This document shows, one piece after another, positions 26,361 to 38,836 of a stretch of 64,000 bases of DNA. The stretch comes from Lama guanicoe. Its lineage: Eukaryota. The notes under the pieces are model-generated. The model saw only the letters and a program-made list of their open reading frames with translations, was not told where the DNA came from and ran no database searches. Each line of letters begins with the position of its first letter. Position 1 is the stretch's first letter. The translations under genes and the position numbers were made by a program. The stretch lies in assembly GCA_013239625.1 (NCBI GenBank), contig MU056050.1, positions 2,838,084 to 2,902,083 of the forward strand, written 5' to 3'.

Positions 26361-27299
26361 AGCAATCGTCCGTTTTTATCAAAAAACACCGTTTTTAGTG
26401 AAATATTATTTGATAGCTACTGAATTTAAAATGTCTTGCTTGATTACGTGGCAGGAAGCTGGTTGCGGTCCCTCATCTTTGTCATGCACGGCTCTGCTTT
26501 AGGTATTATGCTCTCCAGTGGCTGTGGTGTTGTAGGCTCTTTGGGGATTTATGAAACTGTGCACCGTGTGCTAAAAACAAGTACTAGACAGAGTGAAGAA
26601 TTTCTGTTGAATTCTGAAAGCAACCTTCTTGTCTAGTGTTCTGATGTTGGGCAGTAAAATCCACGGACCAATCTGGAGTTGAAAAATCCAATTTAAAATA
26701 TGTTCTAAATGTTTATTGTATTTAATGCTACAGGATTTGAAATTATATTAAATATCTGATGAAGTGGACTTTGTTTCTTTTCATTTACCTCTTCTGCCCC
26801 AGTAGTTGCCACTCCATGGAAAACCTCATTTTGAAAGGAAGCTTCTGCAGCTGGGCTCCTCGGCTATGGCTCCTGAGTAGCTGATTTACAAGCAGTCTCC
26901 CTATGAGGTGGCCCTGCAAGACCATTGGAAGCTTACGAGTTACGTTAATTTTTGACAATTTCAAGTGATTGCAACCTAAGTGAGAGCCAAGATTTTACAC
27001 AGTGATGGGTACTGCTATTTTCTTCTCACTTTTATATTTTCATGACTCTTGCGATTTGATTATATGTCAAGTTGTTTCAGTGCTCATAGGATTCGTTCAC
27101 TCAGCAAACACAATAGGCACTCGGGTAGAGAAGTGAAAACACCTGTTCCTTATGCTCAGGCAGCTCACTGTCTAGTTGGACAAGAAAACAATAGCAATAA
27201 AAGACAATAAAAGAAAGTAACAATGAAAGACAAGAAAATAACAAAAGGTGATAAGTACATGGTAAGTGAAGTTCCTAATGTGTAGGTAGATCTGTCTTT

Positions 27300-27957
27300 T
27301 TTTTTTTTTTAAAGGTTCTACTCCATTTATAGTTATTATAAAATATTGACTACATTTCCTATGTTGTACAATATACCCTCAAAGCTTATTTAATATAGAA
27401 TAGCTTGTACCTCTTCATCCCCTACCCTTATCTTGTCCCTTCCCACTTCCCTCTCCCTACTGGTGTCCACTAGATTTCTGTCTCTGTGAGTCTGCTTCTT
27501 TTTTGTTATATTCACTAGTTTGTTGTATTTTTTTAGATTCCACATATGATATTATACAGTATTTGTCTCTCTCTGACTTATTTCACTTAGTATTATTATG
27601 CCAAATCCATCCATGTTGCTGCAAATGGCAAAATTTCATTCTTTTTTATGGTCAAGTAGTGTTCCATTGTGTATATATGTATATAGATATATACACCACA
27701 TCTTCTTTATCCAGTCATCTGTTGATGGACACTTAGGTTGCTTCCATATCTTGGCAATTGTAAATAATGCTGCTATGAACATTGGGGTGCATGTATCTTT
27801 TTGAATTAGCATTTTTGGTTTTTTTGGGTATATACCCAGGAGTGGAATTGCTGGATCATATGATAGTTCTATTTTTAGTTTTTTGAGAAACTTCCATACT
27901 GTTTTCCACAGAGGCTGCACCAATTTACATTCTTACCAACATTGTATGAGGATTGGC
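27300..27957 (-). mobile_element. 5'-truncated L1 (ORF2 C-terminus and 3' UTR)
   Basis: ORF 27636-27923 ([32 protein letters not shown]...TPMFIAALFTIAKIWKQPKCPS) is the L1 ORF2p C-terminus. Poly-T tail; perfect 17-bp TSD TAGGTAGATCTGTCTTT at 27283-27299 and 27958-27974. Confidence 0.95.
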
Positions 27958-28476
27958 TAGGTAGATCTGTCTTTAGAAGCAGAATGAATTAACCCAAATA
28001 CTCTTGCCCGTGGTCTATAGGAAAAGGCTAAGTTTCATTCTAAACTAATAAGTTGGCATTCTGGGTTGTACACGAGTGGTGGTGAGCTCGGTTAATAATT
28101 AGTGACCTACCAAGAGACAAAGCTACTCTCTGTTGGCAAGATATGATTTCTGAGCATTTAACCTGGATACTGTGGGAGTACAAAGGTGGAGTATGACCAC
28201 AGTGATGTATAGTCAGCCAGTTACCGTTTCTAGAAGTAAAAGCATTACTTTAACTTGTAAAAGAATTCAGACAGCCGACTTTCAAGATAAAATGAACATG
28301 TTCATATACTTTTTAATTATTTGTAGCTTGGGTTTAAATTTTAATAGGTGTAACTAATTTTTACTCTAATTTGTTCATTCTGGAATAATCCTAAATATAT
28401 GAATTGTTTGCATGTTCCTTTACAAAAGCCTTTTTTGAAAAAGCTTTTTTGAATCATTAATGGTTTTTCATATTTT

Positions 28477-28570
28477 AATAAAGCATTTGAAAGCTTTATT
28501 TTCCTAATTTGTCTTAAAATATTCCTTTTAAAAATATTCAAATATAGGTACTATTAGTTTACTAAATAAA
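28477..28570 (+). terminator. Candidate distal SH2D1A poly(A) signals
   Basis: AATAAA at 28477-28482 and 28565-28570 in AU-rich sequence. The distance fits a long SAP 3' UTR once the L1 insert is subtracted (inference). Confidence 0.45.
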
Positions 28571-30602
28571 GCGTTGATGAAGGTCATCTTACTTATCTTA
28601 TTGGACCAATTACCCGAAAAAGGCAAGTGCTTTTCTGATTTTGCTACTGTCACATTTTCCACTTGATGTGCCTACCCACTGTCTTCTGCTGGCTTTTTAT
28701 TCATCCAGTTTTTTTCACTTTTTCTTTCCCAGCATAAGCATCCTTGCTATTTCCCAGTACATAATAACTTGCACCTTTACAGAGGTCATATCCTTGCCGT
28801 ATGTAAAATATTGCTGTCTAACATACACCTGTAAGATGCTGAGTAAAGGTAGAAACATGCACATATATTTTCAAGTGTACACCTTTCTTAAGGAAAAAAA
28901 GTGTGTCAGCAAGCCCACAAGGAACATGACAGTTTATCAAATACTTGCTCCTTTCCTCTGAAATTTGTTCTTAAGAGATAAGGTCAGTAGGGAGGCAAGC
29001 TTAGGTAATTGTGCCTTTGGCTGTTACAAGCAGGGAACCTCTGTGGTAGTACATAGGTGGAATACGTCTACAGAGGATGCCTCTGATTAAGTCTTCAGGT
29101 ATAAACTGAGGGCTGGATTTAAGATATTATTTGTGGTAGAATGGATAGAGAACTTAAAATGTGAGAAACAGCTTTAAAACCTGTGAAGAATGTTTAGATA
29201 TCAGCTTATGTTTTATTTGATTCACTTTATTGGGTTCAGAATCCAGAGTCTATTAATAATAAAACCCAGATTTGCCCTTGAGCATTTCAAGGTTACAAGA
29301 TGCCTAGTGTTCCTGTTAGCGGGCTATAAATTCAGCTTTGTCGCCTATGTTTGCCCTTGCAGTAAATGGGATACCATAATTTTGCAGTTTGCAGCTAGGG
29401 ATGAAGTTAAATTGCCCAGTTTGGACACTGATAATTTGAGACAGTAGGCCAAACTTGTAGTAAAAGACTGAATTTTCATCATTAGGTCATTTGCTTTTTA
29501 AATGAATATTTTTATGTGGAAAGAATATAACAAACCTGATGGACTTTTCGGGTTTGTCACTGATTAGCCCTGTGACCTTAGATAAGTCAGTCTGTTTCGA
29601 TTATTGCATTTACCAAGCAGGAACAATTACATCTTGCTCACTTCACAGGATTATTGAGGTACTAGAATTATATAAATTTAAGGTGGTAATATTACTAAAC
29701 GTTTAAATAACATTGATGTTCAAAGATCTCTAAAAGTGAGGATGACTAGGGAAGGAACATGGCAAAATCTCTTATGTCCTCTTTCTTTTTGTATTGAGGG
29801 CGGGGTGCGATGCATAGTTTGAAAAAACAATCTCCAGGTGATACTAATATTCCCCCATTCCCCGCCCCTCTGCCTTGTTGCTCTTTGCTGATTGATTGTG
29901 TTGAAACAGTTGGGATTATCTTCTGCTCTGTGAATCTTTTCACTGTGTCTGTATATATTATGGTGAGCAGAAAGGCAGCAGGGCATTTTACAGGGGTGTA
30001 AATTCCAGGAGTCCAAGCAACTTTCAGTAACAGGCTGTTTGGATCATAGGTACCCCATTACGATCAAGATGAATTTTGGAAGATCCGTTGGCCAGCTCTC
30101 CCAGTGTCACTCGTAAACATCTTGTGAAAAATAAGTGCCAAATGGTGATTGTAACTGCCCAGGAATTGGGGCCTGGGAAAACTTGTTGTTTTTGAATCTT
30201 TCCTGATTGTCGCCACCACCCCACCCCACCCACCCAATTCATTTTTGGCCAAAGCATTTGGGTGCCTTGCTCTCCCCCACTCCTGTTTTGCAATTCTTTG
30301 TTTTCTTCCTATTGCCGAGAAAGGCATCTACGGGAGAGAGAAACCTTTTAAAAAGTCATAGCCTAGAGGCATTTTAAACTTGAAACAGCTACTCCTCTTT
30401 ATAAAAAATTTTTTTCAATTAAATGGTCATTTGTGTCAGGGATCCTATATGTATGAAAAATAGAAGTGAAGAGACATCTGCTTAGGATTAGTGACTTTTG
30501 GATTTCTGCACCTACATTTTCAAGATGACAGGGTCTTTTGTTCCCTGTTAAGGAGCCACTTTTTAAATCTCAGGTGACCAGACTGACTTGAGAATACAGT
30601 TT

Positions 30603-31199
30603 TGATGCAGGAAAAATAGATATGGGGTGTGAGGAGGGCTGTGTCCCAGGCTTTGTTTGAGCTTCGAGTAGGAAATAATTCAAGAGCGAGACACAGTTGA
30701 GTAAAAGTAGATTTATTTAGGGATACATCAAAAGGCAAAAAAAGGCCACAAGGTGTTGGAGTTGGGTGCTCAGATTAGAGTAAAAGTAGGTATGCACTCC
30801 ATAGACAGTGTGGGCCATCTCCGAAGAAGGAGAGAGAGGGGGTGACCAGGAGTCCCAACGTTGCCAGTTTTTACGGGCTCAGTGGCTTCATATGCTAATA
30901 AGTGGAAGGACCATTCTAAGTAGCCTGGGGAAGGGGCTGGGATTCCCAGGAAGTTGGCCATTTCCCACTCTTTGACCTTTTGTGGCTAGCCTTGGGACAG
31001 TCTTGGCACCTGTGGGCATGTTATTCACCATGCTAATATATATTAGCATGGGTGTATAATGAAGCTGAAGGTCTACTAGAAGTCAAATCTCCCACCATCT
31101 TGAGCTTCAAGGCCTACTGAGGGTTGAATCTTTCGCCATTCTGGTGGTAATTATTGTGTTGTTCCTTGAATGGCTGTGCCCTGCCCCCTTCCTGTCTCA
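30603..31199 (-). mobile_element. Solo ERV (class I-like) LTR
   Basis: TG...CA termini; near-TSD GTTT/ATTT; - strand TATA-like TAAAAA near 30870 and AATAAA at 30712-30717. The left boundary is less certain. Confidence 0.7.
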
Positions 31200-32021
31200 A
31201 TTTGGCGCATGAATAAAATGGGACACAGTGTTCATTTGCGGTTTTATTTTTTAAAAATGAAATATTCAAAGTACTTTTTTCTTTCAAATATCGACACATA
31301 ATGTTTAACTTGAAATATTTACAGCATGTTGTTGTGATGCTCTTGTAGAAAAATGCATGCTTCTGGCCTGAAAGCCAGAGCAAAATGCAAAAGACCATTT
31401 AACTGCAGCCAGAGAACATGAACCTGTACAGTATCCAGTCACTTTTCAGCACAGGAGTGAGAGCAGGAATACAAAACTGGAACCTATTGTTTCCTAGCAA
31501 CATGGCTCAGGCCATTATAACACAATTTCCAGTATGATTAGAACCTCTAACTGTTGTTACATAGAAACTGAAAATCTTGGCATACACTGTAAACATCTTT
31601 ACTTCTCATGAGAAAGTAAGCAGCTAAAAAAGAATATTTTTTTGACGTAAAGGCTATACTTCTCTTTTTCACCTTCTCTCTTACTGATGCTTTTGCCAGA
31701 AGAATAGTAAAGATTTAGACATTGTCATGATTCATACAAGTAAAATATTTTTCAAGGACACAATCTGATATACTAACATTTACTTAAGAGGTTAAAGTCC
31801 ACCACTAAATCTAAGGAAAGATTTTTAACTGCCAAACACATTTCCTTTGACAAATAATGTAAGATGACAACTGCCAAGACAAAATCCACAGCAAGTTTAA
31901 CTCTAACTATTTTCAGTTACTGCTTAGGAAGTAATTTCTTCTTACACACAGTAGTATATTTGGTCCTTAATAGCTTTCACATGAAGGACGCACTGAAACA
32001 GTCACTATTTTGCGGTTGAAT

Positions 32022-32140
32022 TCTTTTTTGTTGTTTGTTGTTTTCTGGTTTTTTTATTTGTTTTGTTTTTTTGTGTTTTTTTTGTTTTTTTGTTTTTTTT
32101 TGTTTTTGTTTTTTTTTTGTTTTTGTTTTTGTTTTTTTTG
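32022..32140. repeat. T-rich (GTn) low-complexity tract
   Basis: About 120 nt of T runs punctuated mostly by G. Confidence 0.9.
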
Positions 32141-34004
32141 CAGAATAAAGAAACTTACAGAAGACTGTGGAAGAGCAGTCTGGGATCTGAACTACCAGTC
32201 AGGTCAGCTATGTGTATGCAACTTCCGCCAAGAAAGTAAGAATGTTGCATCCAATCTGGAGCCTTCTGTTTTTCCACAAGTTATAATACACTCCAGTCTC
32301 TCCAAAAGTGTCTTTCCATACTTGATTACTGCACTTTTGCTTCCGTTAGCACTGAACTCCATTACAGTCGCCCTTACAGGAACATATCTTTATAAATGCA
32401 AAAACTTTGTCCTGACTCTCTTAGGTGACATGATAGCGGGGCCTGGTATGGTTAAAAGAATATTTTTTAAAAAAGGAAAAAAAGAAAAAAGAAAAACGAG
32501 TAGAAACAACATGATAGAATGCTTGAAACTATGTCAACAGTGATGAAAAAGAAAAATCTTATGAAAATTAGAATTTAATTGTGTAACTCTCTAAGTAGTT
32601 AGCATGTGAATTCCAAATTATACATCATCAACTTTTCATACATTTGGCTATGTTGTATATATTATATTATATTACATATATAGTCTGTATAGTATAGATC
32701 TTCTAGATAAATTGTCAGTAAAGGACACGCTTATTTCATACAATATTTTGTTGGGTTAAAAATAAAACATATGCTTATTTATATGGTGAAGGTTTTATTA
32801 AAAATTATTATGAATTGGGCTCTAGTTCCCTTTCCTTCAGGAGTCTTGCTTCTAATCAATAATGATTAGAATGACAACTAAAAATAAATATATTGAAATG
32901 TTCAACTGTGAACTTCTCAGCTCATTTGGATTTCTAGACTGTAGTGCAAGAGTCAAAACAAAACAAAGCAAAGCAGCACAAATAAAATGGGCCTAACTAG
33001 GAAAAAGAAACAACCACGGAGTATTCCCTGCCTCCGGCCCAGGATATTCTTCACAGGAGAGCTCAGCTGTGTGCTCTCACTCGAACTAACTTGAGTGGCA
33101 TGTGGCTGTGTAGTGTCAGCCACCTGTCTTCTGGGTATGAGAAATTCACAGATTTCTCTTTAAAATGCTTTTACTTTCATCAGGAAATGCAAATGAATTG
33201 TTCTTTCATTCATTTAAACTTGAGAACTACAAGTCAATGAAGGCATTCTTTGTATTCAGAAGAGGAGGAAGTGATGTGCTTGATATCTCCATGTTCTTAT
33301 TAAGAAATGCTAAAATATTTCCCTTAGATTTACTACTCATTAGTGCTAACCTTTTGGGTTTTTTTCTCTTTCTTTCCAAAAAACTTTGGAAGTGGTAAAG
33401 AGAATAGTAATAGTTCAAGGCAGTATTAAAACCACAGCTGCAAGTGATAAAAAGTGCATTTCCTGAATATAATACAAATATAACTTTAAGAAACTAAAGG
33501 CACAAACTAAATAAATATGTATTACAAACTAGAAATGCACAGTTCAAGGTAAGTACTATTAAGTCAAAGCTTCAAATATTTGTTTCTAATGGATATTTAA
33601 AGCAGTTTGAAAATGATACATCATCAGTGAAGTGCAAAAAAGTATAATTGCTTAAAACATAAGCAAAATAGACTCTAATATTGACATCTTGGATTAGTGA
33701 TAAAATACATCATCACATTTATGAATGCACTCTCTATATACAGTTGATAAATTGTTTTTCCATTGATTTAAAAGAACATTAGAGGTTCTAGGAACTTAAG
33801 GTCCATTTTTAGGCTGGTGTGGAGGTATTCAAATTTTCAACAAGTTTGTTCATAATTTCAGAATCCTATCCTGCATAAATATTGTACCATTAACACAGGC
33901 CTGATTCAGGAAAAAAAAAACCCAATAGTATGATTGTAGTCTGGATTAGTAATATTTTGAGCTGATGAGCTTCCAATTAAGAAGAGAGATGAGCTCATCA
34001 TGAA

Positions 34005-34006
<2 letters not shown>

Positions 34007-34045
<39 letters not shown>
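34007..34045. repeat. (CT)n microsatellite in the TENM1 3' UTR
   Basis: Direct reading. Confidence 0.9.
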
Positions 34046-34051
<6 letters not shown>

Positions 34052-35954
34052 CACACATACGATGTGATAACCCCAATCTGAAGGTTTTGAAAATGAAATG
34101 TTTGGATACACCTTTTCCTACTGTCTGTGGGTCCTTGCTTTTCTCTCACTCTACTTTATGTAGTTAGGGCCAGACTCTTTAACAAACCTTTACTTAACAT
34201 GAGCCTGGATTTTGACTTTGCATATTTTCAAAAAAACTGTCATCACAAAGCAAGGCAATGACCCCACACTGCATCCAGGTAGTGGCTGGAGAGAATCCAA
34301 ACTGTGACAGTCCATCATAAATTCTCCTTCAGACATAGCAAACGTCCAGACTCGGTGATGAAAGAGCTGAAGCTGGCTCAGGGGAATTTTCTATAGGCCA
34401 CATTGAGCTGTCATGTATTTTCATTTGTGGTAACTTACAATTATGCAACAGTTTACAAACTGTCTCTTTGTCACTGGGCACAAATCTCCCAGCTCACCAA
34501 GGGGCTTCTCTTACTACAGGAGTCATAAAGATTGAGAAACTGCAGCTGATATTAACACTAATCCTGATCTTTTTCTAAATTTTAACTGATCGTGGAACAA
34601 AATCACACTTCCTGGAAAATAGTTATTTTCCTAAGCAGAAGAGATGATTAAATAAAAAATAAATGGGCAAAGACAGAACGAAAATAACTAACCATATAAA
34701 TTATGTTTGTAAAAAATAGTCTGCCTCTCTATAATTAGTTGAAATGCTTTAGGTTGGAAAGGGCTCACTTAATTAAATTTTCTGACTATGGCTGGGAGAT
34801 GTCAATACAGAATTGTACATTTGAAAGATAAACCTAAGTGGGGTGAAACAACGTGGCAGCAACTACCGTGATGTTTAGTTTGGTCTTCCCTTTGGTACTT
34901 TCCTTTCACCTTAGTACTAGGTCTATCTGTTTTTTTAAGGTTTCGGCTCTTGTGAGTTTCTGCAGTAGTAGTGAGTGTACTCTAGCGGTATCTCAGGCGT
35001 GCATGCCTGTGAAAGCCTTTTTTTTTTTTTGTACCAGAATCACACTTTGTAGTAAATTACCTTTCATGTGCACAAAACCAATGGATTTAGTGTATAAATA
35101 CTGAATCACGAATGTGAAACTATGACCAAAAGACACCCTATATATAAATGAGAAATTCCTACCCAGGTTAATAAAAGCTATGTTTACATGACACCAATAC
35201 AGCTGGACAATTGAGTACAAAATGTAGTCAAAACAGGTTGAGGCGGAGAAGTTACACTGGCCAGCTGCCTTGGTATCATGTACGCACAAGCAGATAGTGG
35301 CAATTGGGTCTGGTGCCCACACCCACGGGGAAGTGTGGTACACGGAACGCAGCCACCACACGCCAAAACACAGCACAACAACATGGCATTTACTTCAACA
35401 AGCAAGGAGGAGTAATCAGGGAGGAAGGGCAAATGGGTCCTGACTCTAGGAGATGGTGGCTGAGGACACTTTACAGTTCTTTTGAAGCTTCCTATAACAG
35501 ATCTGGTGAAAGAGCTGGCAGTCTTTCGAAATGCAAGGTTCAGATACTATCGCACCACCTTCCCACTAGCCTGCAAGTTCTGCCAACAGCGAAATAGGAA
35601 ACCTCGGGTCACAATAGAGATAGAGAACCTTGGGTTCTTTCTTTATATTTGAACATATGCATGGCTCGACAAATTTAAAGTGGTGCTTGCCGAATTTTTT
35701 TTTTTAGTTGTTTGAGCTCTACTTGTGTTATTTTGAATACTGCCACACAAGAACTAAATATCTCTGTCATTTCTCAAAGAGTTTAAACAAACAATATTAA
35801 AATACCATCTTCCGTCACATTGAAAGGCAGTTGGATATGTTTTTCCTCCATATTTACATATACAGAGTTCTGATCTAGAAAACCGTTACAATAAACCATT
35901 TTACGTTTTAAAAACAGGCAGTCTTTGGTGACGCAAAGGCAGGGATTTTTTTTG

Positions 35955-36713
35955 TTACCTCCTGCCTATTTCGCTCTGTCTCATAAAGTGAATATTGTTG
36001 GCACTGTCAGAAAGTTCTAAATACTGCTCAACAGACAACACAAAATACCCATCATAGCCTTGAACTCTCCCAGTGCTCAAAAGCTGCTGCTTTTCCCCCT
36101 CTGTCCACGCCCGAATACCCTCTTCCCCTTCCTGCAGCCTCCTCTGCTCCTTAGTCCAGGCCTGGGCCACAGCGCGCTGTCTGGCGATCTCCAACACGTG
36201 ATTCTTTTCCTCTTCGACAGTGGTCCCATACCGGATGTTGAAGCACAGAGCCCCGTGCTGGAGCTGGATATCTGCAAACCGTCTAGTCCTCCCATTCACC
36301 ACCGAAGTCATCTGGGACACCGTGACGTTGACCCCATTCTCTAGAATCCGCCTCCCCCCGGTGTTACCGATGAGCACCAGGTCTTCTTCCAGGGACCCAA
36401 GCTTAATGAAGTAGTGAGTGTCCCTCCCCTCTATGGTAAAATGTAGGTTTTCCAGGTAATGAGCATTATTGAGAATGGCAGCCAGCCGCCTGCTATCTTC
36501 ATTGGCTACTCCTATAATATCGGCTGTTACTATGCCATCCTTGATGGCGAATTTTATACCTTTTCCAAAAACAGAAGGAATAGCAGCAAACCTTGGTTGC
36601 TTCCCTCCTTCAAGGCACCGTCCATCATTGTATCGGGGAGTCATAGGAAGTTGGTCCAAGGAAATGAAATTCCTGAGCTGTTTCTGGAGCTCACACTGAA
36701 TACCCAGGATGGT
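35955..36713 (-). CDS. TENM1: TENM1 last coding exon (Tox-GHH domain, TCAP-1)
   Basis: Acceptor ttcctag|ACC; reads TILGIQCELQKQLRNFISLDQLPM...QQLLSTGRVQGYDGYFVLSVEQYLELSDSANNIHFMRQSEIGRR-TAA. Confidence 0.98.
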   Translation of the reverse strand, partial: TILGIQCELQKQLRNFISLDQLPMTPRYNDGRCLEGGKQPRFAAIPSVFGKGIKFAIKDGIVTADIIGVANEDSRRLAAILNNAHYLENLHFTIEGRDTHYFIKLGSLEEDLVLIGNTGGRRILENGVNVTVSQMTSVVNGRTRRFADIQLQHGALCFNIRYGTTVEEEKNHVLEIARQRAVAQAWTKEQRRLQEGEEGIRAWTEGEKQQLLSTGRVQGYDGYFVLSVEQYLELSDSANNIHFMRQSEIGRR

Positions 36714-38108
36714 CTAGGAAAGAGGAAAGACACGGAGCAAGAGCAGCACAGGATTAGACACTTGACAGATGCTCGGTGATTGTGGAAAACAAGGGCTGGC
36801 AACATTGCTTCCTTCTCTCTTGAATTTGCTAGCTTGTGATTTAAAAACAAGCCAAATTTGGAATCTTTTCATCAGAGATTTGGAAAGGAAAAGGCTAAGA
36901 AGTGACTTGATCACCTGGCATATATTCCTTGACATCCTGGTGAGTTAAGCATAAGGAAATATGTTCAAACTTGATACCATAGAATCTCAGAGCTAGAAGG
37001 CCCTTAAGTGGGTCTAGCTCTCCAGAGACATTTCATTTTTACCAATTCAAGTAACACTGACTAGCTGTTTATTACTGGATGTAGAGTAATACATTAGCCA
37101 CAGTGACATATAAAGAGATGGTATAAGGTGTCATTCTTGCTCTCAAGTGGCTTATGACCTTATAAATAACAAGGACAAATCAGCAAGTTCACTGATCATT
37201 TTCATGTGGATTTAAAAACAAAAAACCTTTTTATGCTGGCAAATTTCAAGCATACTAAGAAATTAAAAGAAGGGAATAATGAACCTCCAAGTATCCATTA
37301 CAAAGCTTCAGCAATTTTCAACATTTTGCTTTTCTCAGTACTTGTTAGTACAAAAAGCACTTACATATTGTACGTATTGGCAAAAAGTGATAAGCTTATA
37401 GTATCTATTTAGAATTTCCTTTCCCTTAGAATTTTTTACACTCAGATTTCAAGCCCTCCCACCCAAATTTCAGTTTTATTTTGTTAAAGCCATTGATTTT
37501 TTTGCAAGCACAGATATTCCTATTTCTTTCAACTGAGAGAAAAAGTTCCTGCTTGTTTTCATTTGTACCTCAATAATTGATGCAATTATCTGCTGAACCT
37601 TGAATGTTTTGGTATTCCTATTTTTCCAGAGACTTTATCTCTGTAGGATTTATTATTTTTGCTTCACGGCTCTTAAACACTTTTTTTTTATCAGAAGAAT
37701 TTAATTCTATTATTCCCATGCTCTTAATGCACTATGCCCTGAATTATTTTGCAGCTGGAAATCTGATGCTTTCTGTGTCTCTTAGTGAGCAATCTTCTCT
37801 ATGTAAAATCTGGAATTGCCCTTGGTAGCCCATTTCTGAATTTTGAAAGTTTGGTTCCTCTTTCCTCTTGTTTGTCTGCCGCAGCAGTCATCAAGTCACA
37901 CATTAGTTTTTTCTTTTCTGAAAGCTCCGATTCCCTGATCCTGTCCTCATGGAAGCCTTTACCCACTGCCTCAATTAATCATGGACATTTAAGTGAATAT
38001 ACAAGAATACTCAAACATAAGTAAGCAAATATACATTAACACCATTTCATGGTGTTGGATGCTCTTTTGTGTTTTCAGCTAAATGGAGATGGTAAAACTT
38101 TAACTAAC

Positions 38109-38251
38109 CTTTCCGGGATCCCACTCTTGAGTTTTTGTCTGAAGCTGTAGAAGCTCATAAGTTAATTCCAAATTTTCTAATTCTGGTTTGGGAAATCCAG
38201 GTAGTACATTGTGTAACTGGAAACCAAACAGCTCCAACCAACTTCCAATGT
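38109..38251 (-). CDS. TENM1: TENM1 penultimate exon; not in the ORF track
   Basis: Acceptor ctcacag|AC; reads (D)IGSWLELFGFQLHNVLPGFPKPELENLELTYELLQLQTKTQEWDPGK; donor AAG|gttagt; 143 nt. Confidence 0.95.
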
Positions 38252-38836
38252 CTGTGAGACACAAAATTTAAAAGAAAAACAAAATTGTAAAGCCCATACT
38301 TTACAGCCTTTGTGGAAAGCTTAAAAGATATCTCTTCTGCCTTTAATATGTTTAAGCAATGTTAAGTTAGTGATAAACTTCCTGTACATCACCCACTCTA
38401 AAATATGGGGTCCGTTCTCCAGGGAAACCTTTTGATTTACGGATAATCAGAGAGATTGGCTCAGTTTACTGTGCTGATATTCTTAACATGGTAATGGTAG
38501 TAAGGCCACGCAGACTGTGATTTTAGATTTATTTGATGCAACAGAATCCTGAATTTCTCTTTTATGCGATTATTTGTAGAAGCTTTTCAGAGTGAAAACT
38601 ATGAACAGGAAGCTTAAAAGGACAGAGAAAAGTGGAATGGGGTGCAAAAGCATCGTGTTTTATGCCAACCTGCACAGTTTTGCTCACTGTAGAAGACTAA
38701 GGAAGAGAGGGACTGTACAATAACTTGTGGGCTAGCTGGCAGGAAGAGGAAGCATATTTACAAAGGCACTGAGACTAGGTGATAAACACCACCCAGCTTT
38801 CTCTTTACTTTATACAGTGTTATGCCGTTTAAATAC

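Larger units (their letters stand above)
31225..35954 (-). other. TENM1: TENM1 3' UTR (about 4.7 kb)
   Basis: AU-rich stretch with no recognisable interspersed repeat, running from the stop to AATAAA (- strand) at 31243-31248, with a U-rich element downstream. The end point is inferred. Confidence 0.7.

Noticed and set aside
32010..32543. 177-aa Phe-rich ORF
   Set aside because: Artefact of the T-rich low-complexity tract, antisense to the TENM1 3' UTR.
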